Assembly (NCBI GenBank): GCA_976226885.1
Contig: OZ320319.1
Location: 72,168,001 to 72,232,000, forward strand
Source: Iphione sp. A-MEVVRFRX5
Taxonomy: Eukaryota
DNA length: 64,000 nt
Reading direction: 5' to 3'
Position 1 is the first letter of the stretch, and each line of letters begins with the position of its first letter. The notes under the pieces are model-generated. The model saw only the letters and a list, made by a program, of their open reading frames with translations. It did not search any database and was not told where the DNA came from. This document shows positions 62,710 to 64,000 of the stretch, one piece after another. Made by a program: the position numbers and the translations under genes.

Positions 62710-64000
62710 TAGCTCACTGTATTGGTTTTGTCTTTATTCTAGCCTTGACATTTAAATAAATGACATATTTCTGGTATGTGGAACTATTTTCTTTCACAAA
62801 CCAACAGTGTTGGTACACACTTGTTTACCATACCCCCCACTAGAAGTCAGTAAGCTCACTGTATCCCAGCACAAGGCTGGAATAATGGGGCATCCCATTT
62901 TGCCATGCTCCGTGCCCATGTTTCTAACATGTTTCTTTGGGACTATCATTATGAACAGGCATGTACCATGAAAACATACTCGAACATACTCCAAGTTTGA
63001 ACATGCTTTACAGATGTATATACATGGGAGCAAACACGGAGCAAAACATGCTACATAGATACACAGCTACATGGGAGTTCATCCTTAACCTTTTCTGGCG
63101 GCAAACATGGAGCAAAAGAGGCTATATGGGTATACAACTACAAGGAAATTAAGCATTTAGTATGATGGATAGAATGGGAAATGTATACAAGCCTAACATG
63201 CGTCAGCGATTACTGTCAAGCCCCTGACCGGGAACCTAGTTTTATCAACCTAATTGATTCACTTTGCATTGTTGCATGCATCATGCGTGTGGTTTGCATG
63301 TTTTTAATGGGACACGGTTTGTTAACTCTAAACGCAGGAGCCTCCCTCTCTTGTGAGGGTCCTTGCCTGTCAAATTCGGTGAAAGAAGCAGGACTTAACA
63401 TTAGTACCCCTTAGGGTCTATTCTGTGTGGAAGTAAAGATTTTGCAGGGGTTTGGAATTGGTGCGCTGTCTGGTGCTGCCACCTACCGTAAGTCAATGTC
63501 GCCACCGGCCTCTTTTTTTATTTTTTTTTGACAGTTCCTGTCATTTAGTAACAGTAAGAGACTCTATACACGTTAAAATAGCTCCGTTACCACATCATCT
63601 GAGAGTACCCTTAAACAAATTTTCATTTGCTCAAACACTCTAAATTATCATAATGATTTTTACTTTTAGATATTAACTGCACTCATTTACTTTTAGATTG
63701 CTCCTCACATCACACATACCCTTGTGAACGTTGAATATCATTTCAAAAAGCAAATACATGTATAACCACAAATCACACTGTCAACAATTATCCAAGATTT
63801 GAGGTCTATCAGATAATTATAAAAACTGATGACTAAAGAGCACAGACCACAAACTACCTCTGACTTGTTTGTTGTTCTTTGGTAAGTGAATTCAGATAAA
63901 TCGACTTAACTGTGTGATTTAAATGTCCGTCTTGCATCAGATTATAATGGAAGTTTACAAAACCATAAAAGTAGGTACATGTGTTTTTATTACATGTATT

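Overview
Eukaryotic (metazoan, probably marine invertebrate; species not determinable) genomic DNA, roughly 40% GC, with one 146-N scaffold gap. Two protein-coding genes are arranged head to head. (1) Minus strand: a calmodulin-like EF-hand gene. I reconstructed three coding exons by hand (7039-7101, 2694-2733, 1681-1824); they join in frame to MPPRRRRESKRNSEASVKVPK-SEAMAGLTPEQLK-EFQAAFRTFDVNGDGTVTREELFTSMRILGGNPTEKEVAAIMSELDKD..., and the rest lies left of the window. (2) Plus strand: the first coding exon (21942-22431) of an SLC7 L-type amino acid transporter light chain. I found no second coding exon in the following 41.5 kb. The remainder is intronic or intergenic and dense with transposon debris: two DIRS-type tyrosine-recombinase retroelement 3' ends with intact ICR/ITR fold-backs, two decayed CR1/L2-group LINE RT fragments, many MITEs (PIF/Harbinger-like, hAT-like, Tc1/pogo-like), mini- and microsatellites, and short palindromic elements. 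I found no convincing new multi-gene system. The most notable items are the basic N-terminal extension and possible dual start of the calmodulin-like protein, a train of MITEs joined end to end at single TWA sites, tandem-repeat periods clustering at multiples of about 10.5 bp, a hAT-like MITE family with 5-6 bp TSDs, and about ten-fold enrichment of TACATGTA. All counts and coordinates were read by eye and may be off by a few bases.
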